From the NCBI GenBank assembly GCA_051531975.1, contig JAOPTT010000002.1, positions 569,968 through 633,967 on the forward strand: a stretch of DNA of 64,000 nt, written 5' to 3'. This document shows positions 47,154 to 56,856 of this stretch, in pieces. Made by a program: the position numbers and the translations under genes. How positions within the stretch are numbered: position 1 is the first letter of the stretch; each line of letters begins with the position of its first letter. Source of the stretch: Spirochaetaceae bacterium (GTDB lineage Bacteria; Spirochaetota; Spirochaetia; DSM-2461). The notes beneath the pieces were generated by a model. That model was given only the letters and a program-made list of their open reading frames with translations. It had not been told where the DNA came from and ran no database searches.

Positions 47154-49046
47154 ATGAGAATTCGCTATAAGTTAATTATACTAATGTTATTTTATATTAT
47201 TGGTATCTCCACTGTCGCTGTTATGTCTATACAAAGTAGGATTAAAGCAGAAGAGATCCAGAACTCAATAAATCTAGGTGCAGAACTTCAGATAAAATCA
47301 AGGGAAGTTCAAAGCCACATGAAGGATATAGTTTTTGATCTATTTTCCCCAAAGATGTATAACCAGATTAGATCTTTAACATTTTCACCTAGGTCCGCTG
47401 TTACTATAAAACAGTTCCAAGAATCCGTTATGTTATATAGACAAACTTTTGATCAATTCATGAAGTTGGATCATTTTTTTAGGGAAGAAAATGAATTAAT
47501 TAGGGACCAATATTTTACTGCAATAACAATGAATGAACGGGCAATGAAAATGTTGTCTAGTATGGAAGAGACTTTAGTTATATTACGTAGTCAGTATAGA
47601 ACTGTTGATAATTTATATAACGAAATGCAAAAAGAGGAGTCACTTAGTCCTTTTTTTAATGAGTTTCAGGAGACATCCTATTATTTCAAGAATAGCTTTG
47701 AAAGTTTTATGAACTATTTTATAGATTCAATTAGAGAAGAAGGTAGAGATATACAGGTAAGAATGGATCTAATGTTTATCTTTACATCATTATTCATATT
47801 AGTAGTCTCTTTAATTTTTACCCTACTACTCTCTAAAGACCTTGTTGGAAAATTAAAGAAAGTAGAAACTTCGTTTAGGATGATGTCTAAGGGTAACTTC
47901 TCCTTTAAGGTAGATATACACTCTAAAGATGAGTTTGGGACTCTTGCTGAAACATTTAACGAGCTAGTATTTGATTTAAAGGAAAATGTTAACAGTATTC
48001 TTAATTTAACTAGGGATATAGGGAGTTTTATATCTGATAAATCTGATGTGGATGAATTATACGATCTAGTAGCACTTGCTATTATCCAGGATACAGCCGC
48101 CGATGTAGTACTTGTTTTAAGGAATGAAAAAGATGGTACATTTGTTAAAGAAGCACAAAAGGGTCAGTTGTTAACAGAGTCTGAAGAGAGTAAAATAATA
48201 ACCTATATAACAAAACAAATAACTCCACATAATAGACAAATTTACATTAAAGATGCTTCAGATGTATTAGAATTAAGTAATATAAATTCAATTCTTGCAG
48301 TACCACTTATTGTTGGAGGCAAATCTTTTGGATATTTAATATCAATTAAACGGACAGCTGGAGAATATTTCTCAGATCTTGGTTTTACCCGTCTTGCAAC
48401 ATTTGCAGAATATGCGTCTTTAACCATAGATAATTATTTTAAGTATCAGGAATTATTAGAAAGAAGAGATGCAAAATATCAGGCATTACAGTCCCAGGTT
48501 CAACCTCACTTTTTATATAATGTTCTTGGAGTTATTTTAGGACTAAATAGAACTGGCGAAACAGAAAAGATAACAGAAACAGTTACTGCACTTAAAGATA
48601 TGTTAAGGTATATACAATCCCAGAATAGCTGGACATCCCTAGAAGAGGAGTGTCAATTTATAGATCAGTACTGCATTTTACAAAAGATTAGATTTGGAGA
48701 TCGTATATCATATTCCATAACAATGGATGACAATGCTAGACATTTTCAGATTCCTAGACTTCTGCTACAGCCATTAATTGAAAACTCAATAATACATGGT
48801 TTAGAACCCCTAGAAGAAGGTGGAAGGTTAGAAATTTTATGTGAATCTACAAGACTCCGTGGGGAAAAAGGTATAACAGTTTATATAAAAGATAACGGTA
48901 TTGGATTTGATTCAGAGAATATGGATAGGAAAATGAATGTTGGATTATTAAATGTTGGGCAGAGATTAAAAATTGTATATCCTGAGTCTATTTTTTCCAT
49001 AAATAGTAAACTTGGAGAAGGAACAACTGTAAGGATTGATATATGA
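47154..49046 (+). CDS. YesM/LytS-type sensor kinase with HAMP and GAF domains
   Basis: ALQSQVQPHFLYNVL H-box, LQPLIENSIIHG; GAF-like SILAVPLIVGGK...FAEYASLTIDN. Confidence 0.92.
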   Translation: MRIRYKLIILMLFYIIGISTVAVMSIQSRIKAEEIQNSINLGAELQIKSREVQSHMKDIVFDLFSPKMYNQIRSLTFSPRSAVTIKQFQESVMLYRQTFDQFMKLDHFFREENELIRDQYFTAITMNERAMKMLSSMEETLVILRSQYRTVDNLYNEMQKEESLSPFFNEFQETSYYFKNSFESFMNYFIDSIREEGRDIQVRMDLMFIFTSLFILVVSLIFTLLLSKDLVGKLKKVETSFRMMSKGNFSFKVDIHSKDEFGTLAETFNELVFDLKENVNSILNLTRDIGSFISDKSDVDELYDLVALAIIQDTAADVVLVLRNEKDGTFVKEAQKGQLLTESEESKIITYITKQITPHNRQIYIKDASDVLELSNINSILAVPLIVGGKSFGYLISIKRTAGEYFSDLGFTRLATFAEYASLTIDNYFKYQELLERRDAKYQALQSQVQPHFLYNVLGVILGLNRTGETEKITETVTALKDMLRYIQSQNSWTSLEEECQFIDQYCILQKIRFGDRISYSITMDDNARHFQIPRLLLQPLIENSIIHGLEPLEEGGRLEILCESTRLRGEKGITVYIKDNGIGFDSENMDRKMNVGLLNVGQRLKIVYPESIFSINSKLGEGTTVRIDI

Positions 49047-49744
49047 AAATATTAATTGCCGACGATGAAGAGTACGTTAGAATTGAATTACACGCCTTAT
49101 TAGTAGAACTGGTACCACGTGCTATTATTGAGGAAGTAGAAAATGGGAGCAAACTTGAAGAGTTTTTAAATAAAAACCAGTATCAAATAGTATTTGTAGA
49201 TATAAAAATGCCAGGGCCATCTGGGTTAGAGGTTTTAGAGAGAGTAAATGTAAAAAATACACTTTTTGTTATTCTTTCAGGATATTCAGAATTTGAGTAT
49301 GCAAAGAAAGCAGTTAGCCTTGGTGTTTCAGAATATATGTTAAAGCCTATAACTAAAAAAGATCTGGCTGAAGTATTAAAAAAAGTTATGCCTTCTTTAC
49401 AAGTATACGAAGATGATGAAAATGTTAATAACAAATTAATCCAGGATACTGAAAAATTAATATATAGACGTTATAAAGAACAGATAGGTGTATCCCAATT
49501 AGCTACAGAATTAAATGTATCCCCCAATTATCTAAGTTCACAGTTCAAAAAAAATAAAAACCAGACTCTTACTAGTTATATAACAGATCTTAGACTTAAA
49601 ACTGCTAAAGAGATGTTATTACTCCCTGGAGCGTCTGTAAAAGAGATATCTTTTAACCTTGGTTATCAAAGTAGTCGTCATTTTGCCAGATTATTCAGAG
49701 AGAAATACAACCAGTCTCCTTCTGAGTTCATGAAAAATAGTTAA
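49043..49744 (+). CDS. YesN-type REC-AraC response regulator
   Basis: IADDE, DIKMP, GYSEFEYAK; AraC HTH SPNYLS...GYQSSRHFARLF. Confidence 0.93.
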   Translation: MKILIADDEEYVRIELHALLVELVPRAIIEEVENGSKLEEFLNKNQYQIVFVDIKMPGPSGLEVLERVNVKNTLFVILSGYSEFEYAKKAVSLGVSEYMLKPITKKDLAEVLKKVMPSLQVYEDDENVNNKLIQDTEKLIYRRYKEQIGVSQLATELNVSPNYLSSQFKKNKNQTLTSYITDLRLKTAKEMLLLPGASVKEISFNLGYQSSRHFARLFREKYNQSPSEFMKNS

Positions 49745-49861
49745 TTTATGTTTATTTATTTCATAATCGTAGAATTTGACCACATTCTGTAGTTAACAGT
49801 CCTAACTGCTTTTTCAGATGCAGAGCTACAATTAGATATAAAGAAAAAAGGAAGGAAGTAG

Positions 49862-50875
49862 ATGAAGAAAATTTTACTAATGTTACTTGCACTAACTGTA
49901 GTTACAGGTATTTTTGCCAATGGTCAAAAAGAAGAGGCTAAAGAAGATCAGCCTTTAAAAATTGTTTTACTTGTAAAGAGTTTAGGAAACGGTTTTTTTG
50001 AAGCAGTCGCCGATGGTGGTGTTGAAGCAGCTAAAGAGTTAGGAAATGTAGAGTCAATTTACATGGGACCAAGTTCGGCAACAGCTGAGGGACAAATTGA
50101 TATTATTGAAACACTTATAGCACAACGTGTTGATGGTATAGCAATTTCTGCAAACGATAGAGATGCACTTAAACCAGTAACTAAAAAAGCAATGGCTGCC
50201 GGTATTAAAGTAATGTCTTTTGATTCTGGTATTAACCCAGGTGGTAGAATTGTAGACCTTATTCCTTCTGATGCTGAGTTAATTGGTAGACAACAGGTTC
50301 AACTAATCGCAGAACTTTGTGATTACAAAGGTAAAGTTGGAATTGTATCAGCAACAGCTCAAGCAACTAACCAGAACATGTGGATTGAATGGATGAAAAA
50401 AGAATTTATGGATCCTGCATATGCCGATATGGAATTAGTTGATGTTACTTATGGTGATGATGCAGCTGATAAAAGTTATAGAGAAGCAGTAGGACTTATG
50501 CAAAAATATCCTGATTTAGCGGGTATTATTTCACCTACAACAGTTGGTGTTCTTGCGGCAGCTAAAGCAATCGAAGACGAAGGAATGCAAGGTAAGGTTC
50601 AGTTAACTGGTCTTGGTCTTCCATCAGAAATGCAGCACTATGTAGAAAATGGAACATGTGGTCAAATGGCTTTATGGAACCCAATAGACTTAGGTTATAC
50701 TTCTACAATGATTCTTGAAGCTCTGATTACTGGTAAAGTTGAAGGTAAAGTTGGAGAACTAGTTCAAGTTGGTAGAATGGGTCAAGTTATGATCGGTGAA
50801 GATGGTGTATCTATAATGGGAACTCCTTTTGTATTCAATAAAGAAAACATCGCAAAATTCGCAGCAATGTTCTAA
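49862..50875 (+). CDS. rhaS: L-rhamnose ABC transporter substrate-binding protein
   Basis: VKSLGNGFFEA, SATAQATNQNMWI, GLGLPSEM, LWNPIDLGY; cluster ends in rhaM. Confidence 0.88.
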   Translation: MKKILLMLLALTVVTGIFANGQKEEAKEDQPLKIVLLVKSLGNGFFEAVADGGVEAAKELGNVESIYMGPSSATAEGQIDIIETLIAQRVDGIAISANDRDALKPVTKKAMAAGIKVMSFDSGINPGGRIVDLIPSDAELIGRQQVQLIAELCDYKGKVGIVSATAQATNQNMWIEWMKKEFMDPAYADMELVDVTYGDDAADKSYREAVGLMQKYPDLAGIISPTTVGVLAAAKAIEDEGMQGKVQLTGLGLPSEMQHYVENGTCGQMALWNPIDLGYTSTMILEALITGKVEGKVGELVQVGRMGQVMIGEDGVSIMGTPFVFNKENIAKFAAMF

Positions 50876-50897
50876 TAAAAAATAATACTTAATACTT

Positions 50898-50929
50898 AAA
50901 CAGGTTCTTCAATTGTAAGAACCTGTTTT
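50898..50929 (+). terminator. Intercistronic hairpin/terminator after the binding-protein gene
   Basis: AAACAGGTTCTT / AAGAACCTGTTT followed by T. Confidence 0.75.
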
Positions 50930-51008
50930 ATCAAAATACCTCTGGATATTACTAAATTATAACCTTTTATAGGTGAGTAATATCCAAATAATTTAAGGAG
51001 TTAAAGTT

Positions 51009-52511
51009 TTGTCTGAGAATATACTACAGCTAAAAGGTGTTACAAAACATTTCCCGGGAATAAAAGCCCTTGATGGGATACACCTAAATATCAGACCGGG
51101 AGAAGTTCATGCCTTAATAGGCGAGAATGGTGCTGGAAAATCAACTCTAGTAAAAATTTTAACTGGAGTATATATACCAACCAATGGAGAGATACTCTTT
51201 AAAGGTGAGAAATATTCAGTAAAGAATGCTATTGAAGCCCAGGAAGCTGGAATTACAGCGATCCACCAGGAAGCTTCTATGTTTCCAGAACTATCAGTAA
51301 TGGAAAATATTTATATGGGACACCATTTAAAACGAAATGGATCTCTAGACTGGCGTGGAATGCGTCAAAAAACAAAAGAGTTACTGGATAAAATTGAATT
51401 AGACATTAAACCAGAAACAGCTATTAAAAATTTGAGTGTAGCACAGAGACATATGGTAGAGATTGCTAAAGCTCTATCTATAGATGCTCAGGTTGTGATT
51501 ATGGACGAACCAACTTCTGCTTTAACACTAAGTGAAGTAGAAGATTTATATAAAATTATTAGACAGTTAAAAAAAGAGAATAAAGCTGTTGTTTTTATCT
51601 CCCATAAATTTGAAGAGATACAGGAGATTTGTGATCACTTTACTGTTCTTCGGGATGGTAAATATATTGGTGAAGGTAAAGTTAAAGAGACAACTTTAGA
51701 CGACATTATTAAAATGATGGTTGGTCGTAGTTTAGATCAGCTGTTTCCAAAACAAGAACTAAAAATAGGATCAACAATTCTAGAAGTTAATAATCTTACC
51801 CGGAATGGATTTTTTAAAGATATCTCATTTAAATTGAATCGAGGTGAAATTTTAGGATTTTTTGGTTTAGTTGGTGCTGGAAGAAGTGAAGTTATGAGGA
51901 CTATTTTTGGTATTGATAAAAAAGATGGTGGTGAAGTCCTATTAAATGGAGAATTTTTAAAAGGATATGATCCTCAACTTTCTATGAAAAAAGGTATCGC
52001 TTTTGTACCTGAGGATAGACAAACTCAAGGTGTTATTCTTGAACAGAGTTTAACTAGCAATATAACACTACCTATTATAGATACAATAAGTAAGTTTGGC
52101 TTTGTAGATACAAAAAAAGAGAAAGAGATTACAAGCACATATGGAAATATGATGGAGATTAGATCTGCAGGATGGCATGTAAACGCAGAAACACTTTCTG
52201 GTGGAAACCAACAAAAAGTTGTACTTGCTAAATGGCTAGCAACAAAACCTGATATTTTGATACTAGACGAACCAACAAAAGGAATTGATGTTGGAACTAA
52301 AGCGGCCATACATGAGTTTATTTCTAAAATGGCAGGGGAAGGTCTAGCTGTAATAATGGTATCTTCTGAACTACCTGAAATCTTAGGAATGAGTGACAGA
52401 GTAATTGTAATGCACGAAGGGAAATTAACAAAAGAGTTTACTCGGCAAGAAGCAAACTCGGATAACGTAATAAAAGCTGCAACAGGTAATATAGAGGAGG
52501 CTTCCAAATGA
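51009..52511 (+). CDS. rhaT: Sugar (rhamnose) ABC transporter ATP-binding protein with two ABC domains
   Basis: GENGAGKS, DEPTSAL, LSGGNQQK, DEPTKGIDVG; TTG start with AAGGAG RBS. Confidence 0.9.
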   Translation: MSENILQLKGVTKHFPGIKALDGIHLNIRPGEVHALIGENGAGKSTLVKILTGVYIPTNGEILFKGEKYSVKNAIEAQEAGITAIHQEASMFPELSVMENIYMGHHLKRNGSLDWRGMRQKTKELLDKIELDIKPETAIKNLSVAQRHMVEIAKALSIDAQVVIMDEPTSALTLSEVEDLYKIIRQLKKENKAVVFISHKFEEIQEICDHFTVLRDGKYIGEGKVKETTLDDIIKMMVGRSLDQLFPKQELKIGSTILEVNNLTRNGFFKDISFKLNRGEILGFFGLVGAGRSEVMRTIFGIDKKDGGEVLLNGEFLKGYDPQLSMKKGIAFVPEDRQTQGVILEQSLTSNITLPIIDTISKFGFVDTKKEKEITSTYGNMMEIRSAGWHVNAETLSGGNQQKVVLAKWLATKPDILILDEPTKGIDVGTKAAIHEFISKMAGEGLAVIMVSSELPEILGMSDRVIVMHEGKLTKEFTRQEANSDNVIKAATGNIEEASK

Positions 52512-53491
52512 AATCTATAATAAATATACTCAAAAAAAGAGAATTCACTCTAATACTTCTTACATTTGTTTTAATTTTTGCTGTTACTCTAAGAGCACCA
52601 GGATTTATAGATGGTAAAAATGTTAATAGAATAATAAACGATACATCAATATTAATAATTGTAGCTATTGGTCAGTTTTTAGTTATATTAACCGGAGGAA
52701 TTGACCTTTCGATAGCTGCAATACTTGCATTTTCTGGAATGGCAGTTTCTATGTTAAATCAATACTACCCTTCTATTCCCATACCTATAATAATATTAAT
52801 TGGAATACTTATAGGTCTTCTACTAGGGCTTTTTAACGGTGTTTTAGTAGCTATTGGGAAAGTACCTCCTATTATAGCAACTCTTGGTACTATGAGTATT
52901 TATAGAGGGTTTACCTTTGTATTAAGTAAGGGTCAGTGGGTTACTGCACATGAGATGACTGAAAAATATATGAATATACCTAAAGGTCATTTTTTAGGAA
53001 TAACTAGCTTAATTTGGTCTGCAATAATTATTGCAGCAATATTGTTTTATTTTGTTCGATATACACGAAGTGGCCGGGAGATATATGCAATAGGTGGTAA
53101 TAAAAAAGCGGCTGTTTTTGCTGGAGTTAATGGAGTTAAAATCAACCTAATTATTTTTACGATTAGTGGAGCACTTGGTGGATTAGCAGGGGTGATGTGG
53201 ACTTCAAGATACGCGGCTGCAGTTAATGAAACAGCCATGGGTTTTGAACTTATGACAGTAGCTGCATGTGTTATTGGTGGAGTTAATATTGCCGGTGGTT
53301 CTGGTACCATACCAGGGGTTATTCTAGGAGCTCTTTTTCTAGGAATAATTAACAACGCTCTACCTGTAATTGATGTATCACCATTTTTACAGATGTTTAT
53401 ACAGGGTGTAGTAGTACTACTTGCCATGTTTATAAATGTAATGGTTGATAAAAGAAAAGAACAAAAACTGTTAAATGGGAGAAGTCTATAA
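52508..53491 (+). CDS. rhaP: Rhamnose ABC transporter permease
   Basis: ILTGGIDLS, IATLGT, YAIGGN, AACVIGG. Confidence 0.85.
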   Translation: MKSIINILKKREFTLILLTFVLIFAVTLRAPGFIDGKNVNRIINDTSILIIVAIGQFLVILTGGIDLSIAAILAFSGMAVSMLNQYYPSIPIPIIILIGILIGLLLGLFNGVLVAIGKVPPIIATLGTMSIYRGFTFVLSKGQWVTAHEMTEKYMNIPKGHFLGITSLIWSAIIIAAILFYFVRYTRSGREIYAIGGNKKAAVFAGVNGVKINLIIFTISGALGGLAGVMWTSRYAAAVNETAMGFELMTVAACVIGGVNIAGGSGTIPGVILGALFLGIINNALPVIDVSPFLQMFIQGVVVLLAMFINVMVDKRKEQKLLNGRSL

Positions 53492-54531
53492 TGGAAAAGA
53501 GAAATAACTTGGTAGATTCTGCCAGACTTGTAGATGAAAAAGGTAGTATTTTAAATAGACTGATTAATCTTGTGACTCAGTGGGAAAGTTTACTATTTAT
53601 CATAATTGTAGTTATGGTAATTGTTTTTAGTAATATAACACCATACTTCTTAGATTATTTTAACTTAATGAACGCATCATTCACGTTTATGGAAAAGGGT
53701 ATTCTTGCACTACCTATGATTTTTGTAATTTTATGTGGGGATATAGATATTTCTGTAGCAGCGATAATAGCTTTATCATCTTTTGCTATGGGTTTAGCAT
53801 CCTCCTTAGGTCTAGACACAGCTCAAATTATTGCTATTGGTATATTTGTGGGTGGTCTAGCTGGAGCTTTTAATGCAGTGTTTATTATTAATTTTAAAAT
53901 ACCAGCAATTGCTGTAACTCTTGCATCTCAATCTCTATTTAGAGGAATATCTCAAGCAGTATTAGGGGATCAGGCCTATACTAAATATCCGGAAAGCTTT
54001 AGTTATTTTGGACAAGGTTATATAGGAAATAGTTTAATTCCATTTGAACTTGTATTCTTTTTAGTATTAGCTTGTATATTTGGATATGTCCTACATAAAA
54101 CAACTTATGGAAGGAAGCTTTATGCTATTGGGAACTCAAGTACAGCAGCTAGGTTTTCTGGTGTAAAGGTAGATAAGATTAGATTCATAAACTTTGTTGT
54201 AAATGGTCTTTTTGCTGGAATTGTAGCTGTTTTATTAACTTCAAGAATAGGAAGTACAAGACCCAATATTGCCCAAGGATGGGAACTTGAAGCTATAACA
54301 TTAGTTGTTCTTGGTGGTGTATCTATTATGGGTGGTAAAGGAAAATTAATTGGTGTATTTTTATCTATATTCCTAATCGGTTATCTAAAGTTTGGAATGG
54401 GTTTAATGAATCTTTCAGCAAAGGTAATGATAATTACTACAGGTTTTCTTCTTATCGCTGCTGTTTTATTACCTGTTATTATGGATAACTTAAAAAGACG
54501 AAGTAAACTAAAAAGACAAAAAGCAGGTTAA
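53491..54531 (+). CDS. rhaQ: Rhamnose ABC transporter permease
   Basis: GDIDISV, SRIGSTRPNIAQGWELEAITLVVLGG. Confidence 0.85.
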   Translation: MEKRNNLVDSARLVDEKGSILNRLINLVTQWESLLFIIIVVMVIVFSNITPYFLDYFNLMNASFTFMEKGILALPMIFVILCGDIDISVAAIIALSSFAMGLASSLGLDTAQIIAIGIFVGGLAGAFNAVFIINFKIPAIAVTLASQSLFRGISQAVLGDQAYTKYPESFSYFGQGYIGNSLIPFELVFFLVLACIFGYVLHKTTYGRKLYAIGNSSTAARFSGVKVDKIRFINFVVNGLFAGIVAVLLTSRIGSTRPNIAQGWELEAITLVVLGGVSIMGGKGKLIGVFLSIFLIGYLKFGMGLMNLSAKVMIITTGFLLIAAVLLPVIMDNLKRRSKLKRQKAG

Positions 54532-54535
54532 AAAG

Positions 54536-54853
54536 ATGAACAGAGTAGCTTTCAAAATGAAACTTAAAAAAGGTTTTGAAGAAGAATATAAAAAACGTCA
54601 TGATGAAATATGGCCAGAGCTCCATGAACTACTTAGGGGTCAGGGAATATCAAACTATTCGATATTTTTTGATGAAGAGACAGGATTTTTATTTGGTTTT
54701 CAAAATGTAAATGGTGATTCTGGAAGTCAGGATTTAGGTCAAAATCCTATCGTTAAAAAATGGTGGGATTTTATGGCTGATATTATGGAAGTTAATGAAG
54801 ATAACTCCCCTATTACTACACCTTTAAGGGAACTATTTTACTTCAAAAAATAA
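54536..54853 (+). CDS. rhaM: L-rhamnose mutarotase
   Basis: EYKKRHDEIWPE, GISNYSIF, KWWDFMADIM. Confidence 0.95.
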   Translation: MNRVAFKMKLKKGFEEEYKKRHDEIWPELHELLRGQGISNYSIFFDEETGFLFGFQNVNGDSGSQDLGQNPIVKKWWDFMADIMEVNEDNSPITTPLRELFYFKK

Positions 54854-54965
54854 TTTAGAACTAAGAGATCTGCTTATTATTATGCAATCAGATGATGCAG
54901 TTGCTGCTCTTTTAAATGATTTTATTGAAATAGTTCTCTGTATTTATAATCCTGTACAACCTAAT

Positions 54966-54993
54966 GTCCTTGCTTCAAGTCCAAGTGGACCCA
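54966..54993 (+). other. Degenerate tRNA 3' fragment, possible att site
   Basis: GTC-CTTGC-TTCAAGT-CCAAG-TGGACCC-A reads as T-arm plus acceptor 3' strand; no 5' half upstream. Confidence 0.45.
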
Positions 54994-54995
54994 TT

Positions 54996-55026
54996 AAAGT
55001 CACTCTTTTAGAGTGGCTTTTTTATT
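54996..55026 (+). terminator. Intrinsic terminator
   Basis: AAAGTCACTCT / AGAGTGGCTTT hairpin followed by a T-run. Confidence 0.75.
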
Positions 55027-55079
55027 TATAACGTTTCTGACAGCAGGAGGAAATGTACGTCATATATAACAAGGGTTTT

Positions 55080-56050
55080 GGACGTGGGTTAGTTTTTTAC
55101 ATCCTTAGGCACTTGAGCGAAAATAATGATGGTGCAAACCGGACAATATCATCATTTTCTTAATTGCCCCTAAACTTTCTTGAATTTCAACATCAGGGAT
55201 CTTACAGATGTATGCACATTGCCTGATGCATTCTCTTATTGTTATAATATTCGATAAATTCATCGATGATGTGTCTAACTTGCTTTTCAGAAAACAGGAG
55301 AAAATGATCGAGAGCTTCTCTTCTAATAGTTCCGTTAAATCTTTCTACATGAAGCGAGAGAAATATTTACTCATGTAATTCCGTAATCAGAATAGTCGAT
55401 CGATGTAAATTGCGCAGCATTATCATATATCAGAGTTTTAGATTCTTCATTTTCATATGAGAAATCAATTATTTGTTGTCTGACGAATTCCCTACTCGGA
55501 TTTTCAGTTAAACTCCACTTAACAATCTTTCGAGTATTCAATTCTAATATAATAAACACCAATCTCTTACCGAATAGAGTGTCTATAGTCATAAAATCCA
55601 TAGCAAATAATGTATCCCATTGCATTTTAAGGAATTTCTTCCAGGAGCCATTTGGGTGAATAAGGCCTTCCTTACGGAAAGTGCTAATAATCCTATTTAC
55701 AGTCGTGTAATGAATATCGATATTAATTTTCTTAAGTTCAGAAGAGTCTCTGGCTTGACTATAATCAAATGATTTATAGCTGGAGTTGAAAGGGCTTTAA
55801 TCATTGAGAGATAAAACTTATCATTCTTACTGAAATGAAGCCTCTTTTTATTAAGATTGAGATGTCTTTTATAAATCTCATTTTCCTTCTTAAGTAGCAG
55901 CATTGTGAAAATAATATTCTTTCTTTTACGGAAAATTATCTTAAATATTATATTGAGTAGTGAGTAAAGGAATTTGAACATAATTTAATTCTCGGTATTT
56001 GAGAAAACTACCATATTCTGACCACATATGTAAAAAAATAACCCACGCCC
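55080..56050 (-). mobile_element. Degenerate insertion sequence (rve/DDE integrase-core transposase in 3 fragments) with terminal inverted repeats
   Basis: Fragments MFKFLYS... (55697-55981), ...SWKKFLKMQWDTLFAMDF...YDN (55371-55695) and VERFNGTIRREALDH...YYN..RMHQ (~55215-55350); 23-bp IRs at 55080-55102 and 56028-56050 (21/23 match). Confidence 0.85.
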
Positions 56051-56079
56051 TTAAACTTATATAGATAGTTTAATGAATT

Positions 56080-56676
56080 TTACAATCTAACTTCCATACC
56101 CCGGGCATAAAGATAAGATATTTGTGATATTATCCATATTACTTTAAGTTCTTCTTCATCTCTTGGACCAAAAATCATAAGATACTCACTATTCTCCCCT
56201 GAAATAGAGTCTGTCCATGGATGCATAATACCCCAGCCCTTTTCTATTACTGATTTTGCAATATTATTAGGTAGTATCATATGTAAACTTCCATCAGAGG
56301 GGATGTGTTGGTGGGCAAATTCCAAACTATCTCGTATAAAAGCCCCACTTAGGTCTCCTGCAAAAGTTTTCTTCAATCTCCAACCTATTGAACCTGCTAA
56401 AGAGTAGGGAGTAGGCTCTAATACCACTCCAGGTAGTTTTGAAATAGCTACCCTTAACTGCTCTTGTAATACTACAGGTGCATTTTGACTGTATTGTTGA
56501 TGAGGTATTCCTGTAGCAAATTCTGGTGCCTCTCCTTTTCTTTCTGATATCCTACTAAACTCCCCAGAGATTATATTAAAGTCAAAAGGCGTTAATATCT
56601 GATTATCTACTTCTAGTGAATTTAACCCTATAATATTAATTACAATAAATATAATAATTAATTTAAATTTTTCCAT
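56080..56676 (-). CDS. DUF5519 / luciferase-like domain protein with signal peptide
   Basis: IPHQQ, EFAHQH..DGSLHMILP, KGWG..HP, FGPRDEEEL motifs. Confidence 0.75.
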   Translation of the reverse strand: MEKFKLIIIFIVINIIGLNSLEVDNQILTPFDFNIISGEFSRISERKGEAPEFATGIPHQQYSQNAPVVLQEQLRVAISKLPGVVLEPTPYSLAGSIGWRLKKTFAGDLSGAFIRDSLEFAHQHIPSDGSLHMILPNNIAKSVIEKGWGIMHPWTDSISGENSEYLMIFGPRDEEELKVIWIISQISYLYARGMEVRL

Positions 56677-56856
56677 AGTTTAAAGTTAGGTTACTTCAAA
56701 CTGTTTGTCAATTTTAGGAATTGAAAAGAACTCAGTTCTTATTAGCAATTATTCTTATTTAGTATTATTATATTAATTAAATAGGAAGGACAACAATTCA
56801 GTGATTTTGAATGGTTTGATATGTTGGTAGAACTCGTGCTATAGATTTTTAGACTT

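Noticed and set aside
54930..54995. Intact tRNA gene
   Set aside because: Only the T-arm and acceptor 3' strand are present; no complementary 5' strand, D-arm or anticodon arm
54882..55030. 49-codon ORF MQSDDAVAALL... after rhaM
   Set aside because: No RBS or motif; it runs through the tRNA-like fragment and the terminator
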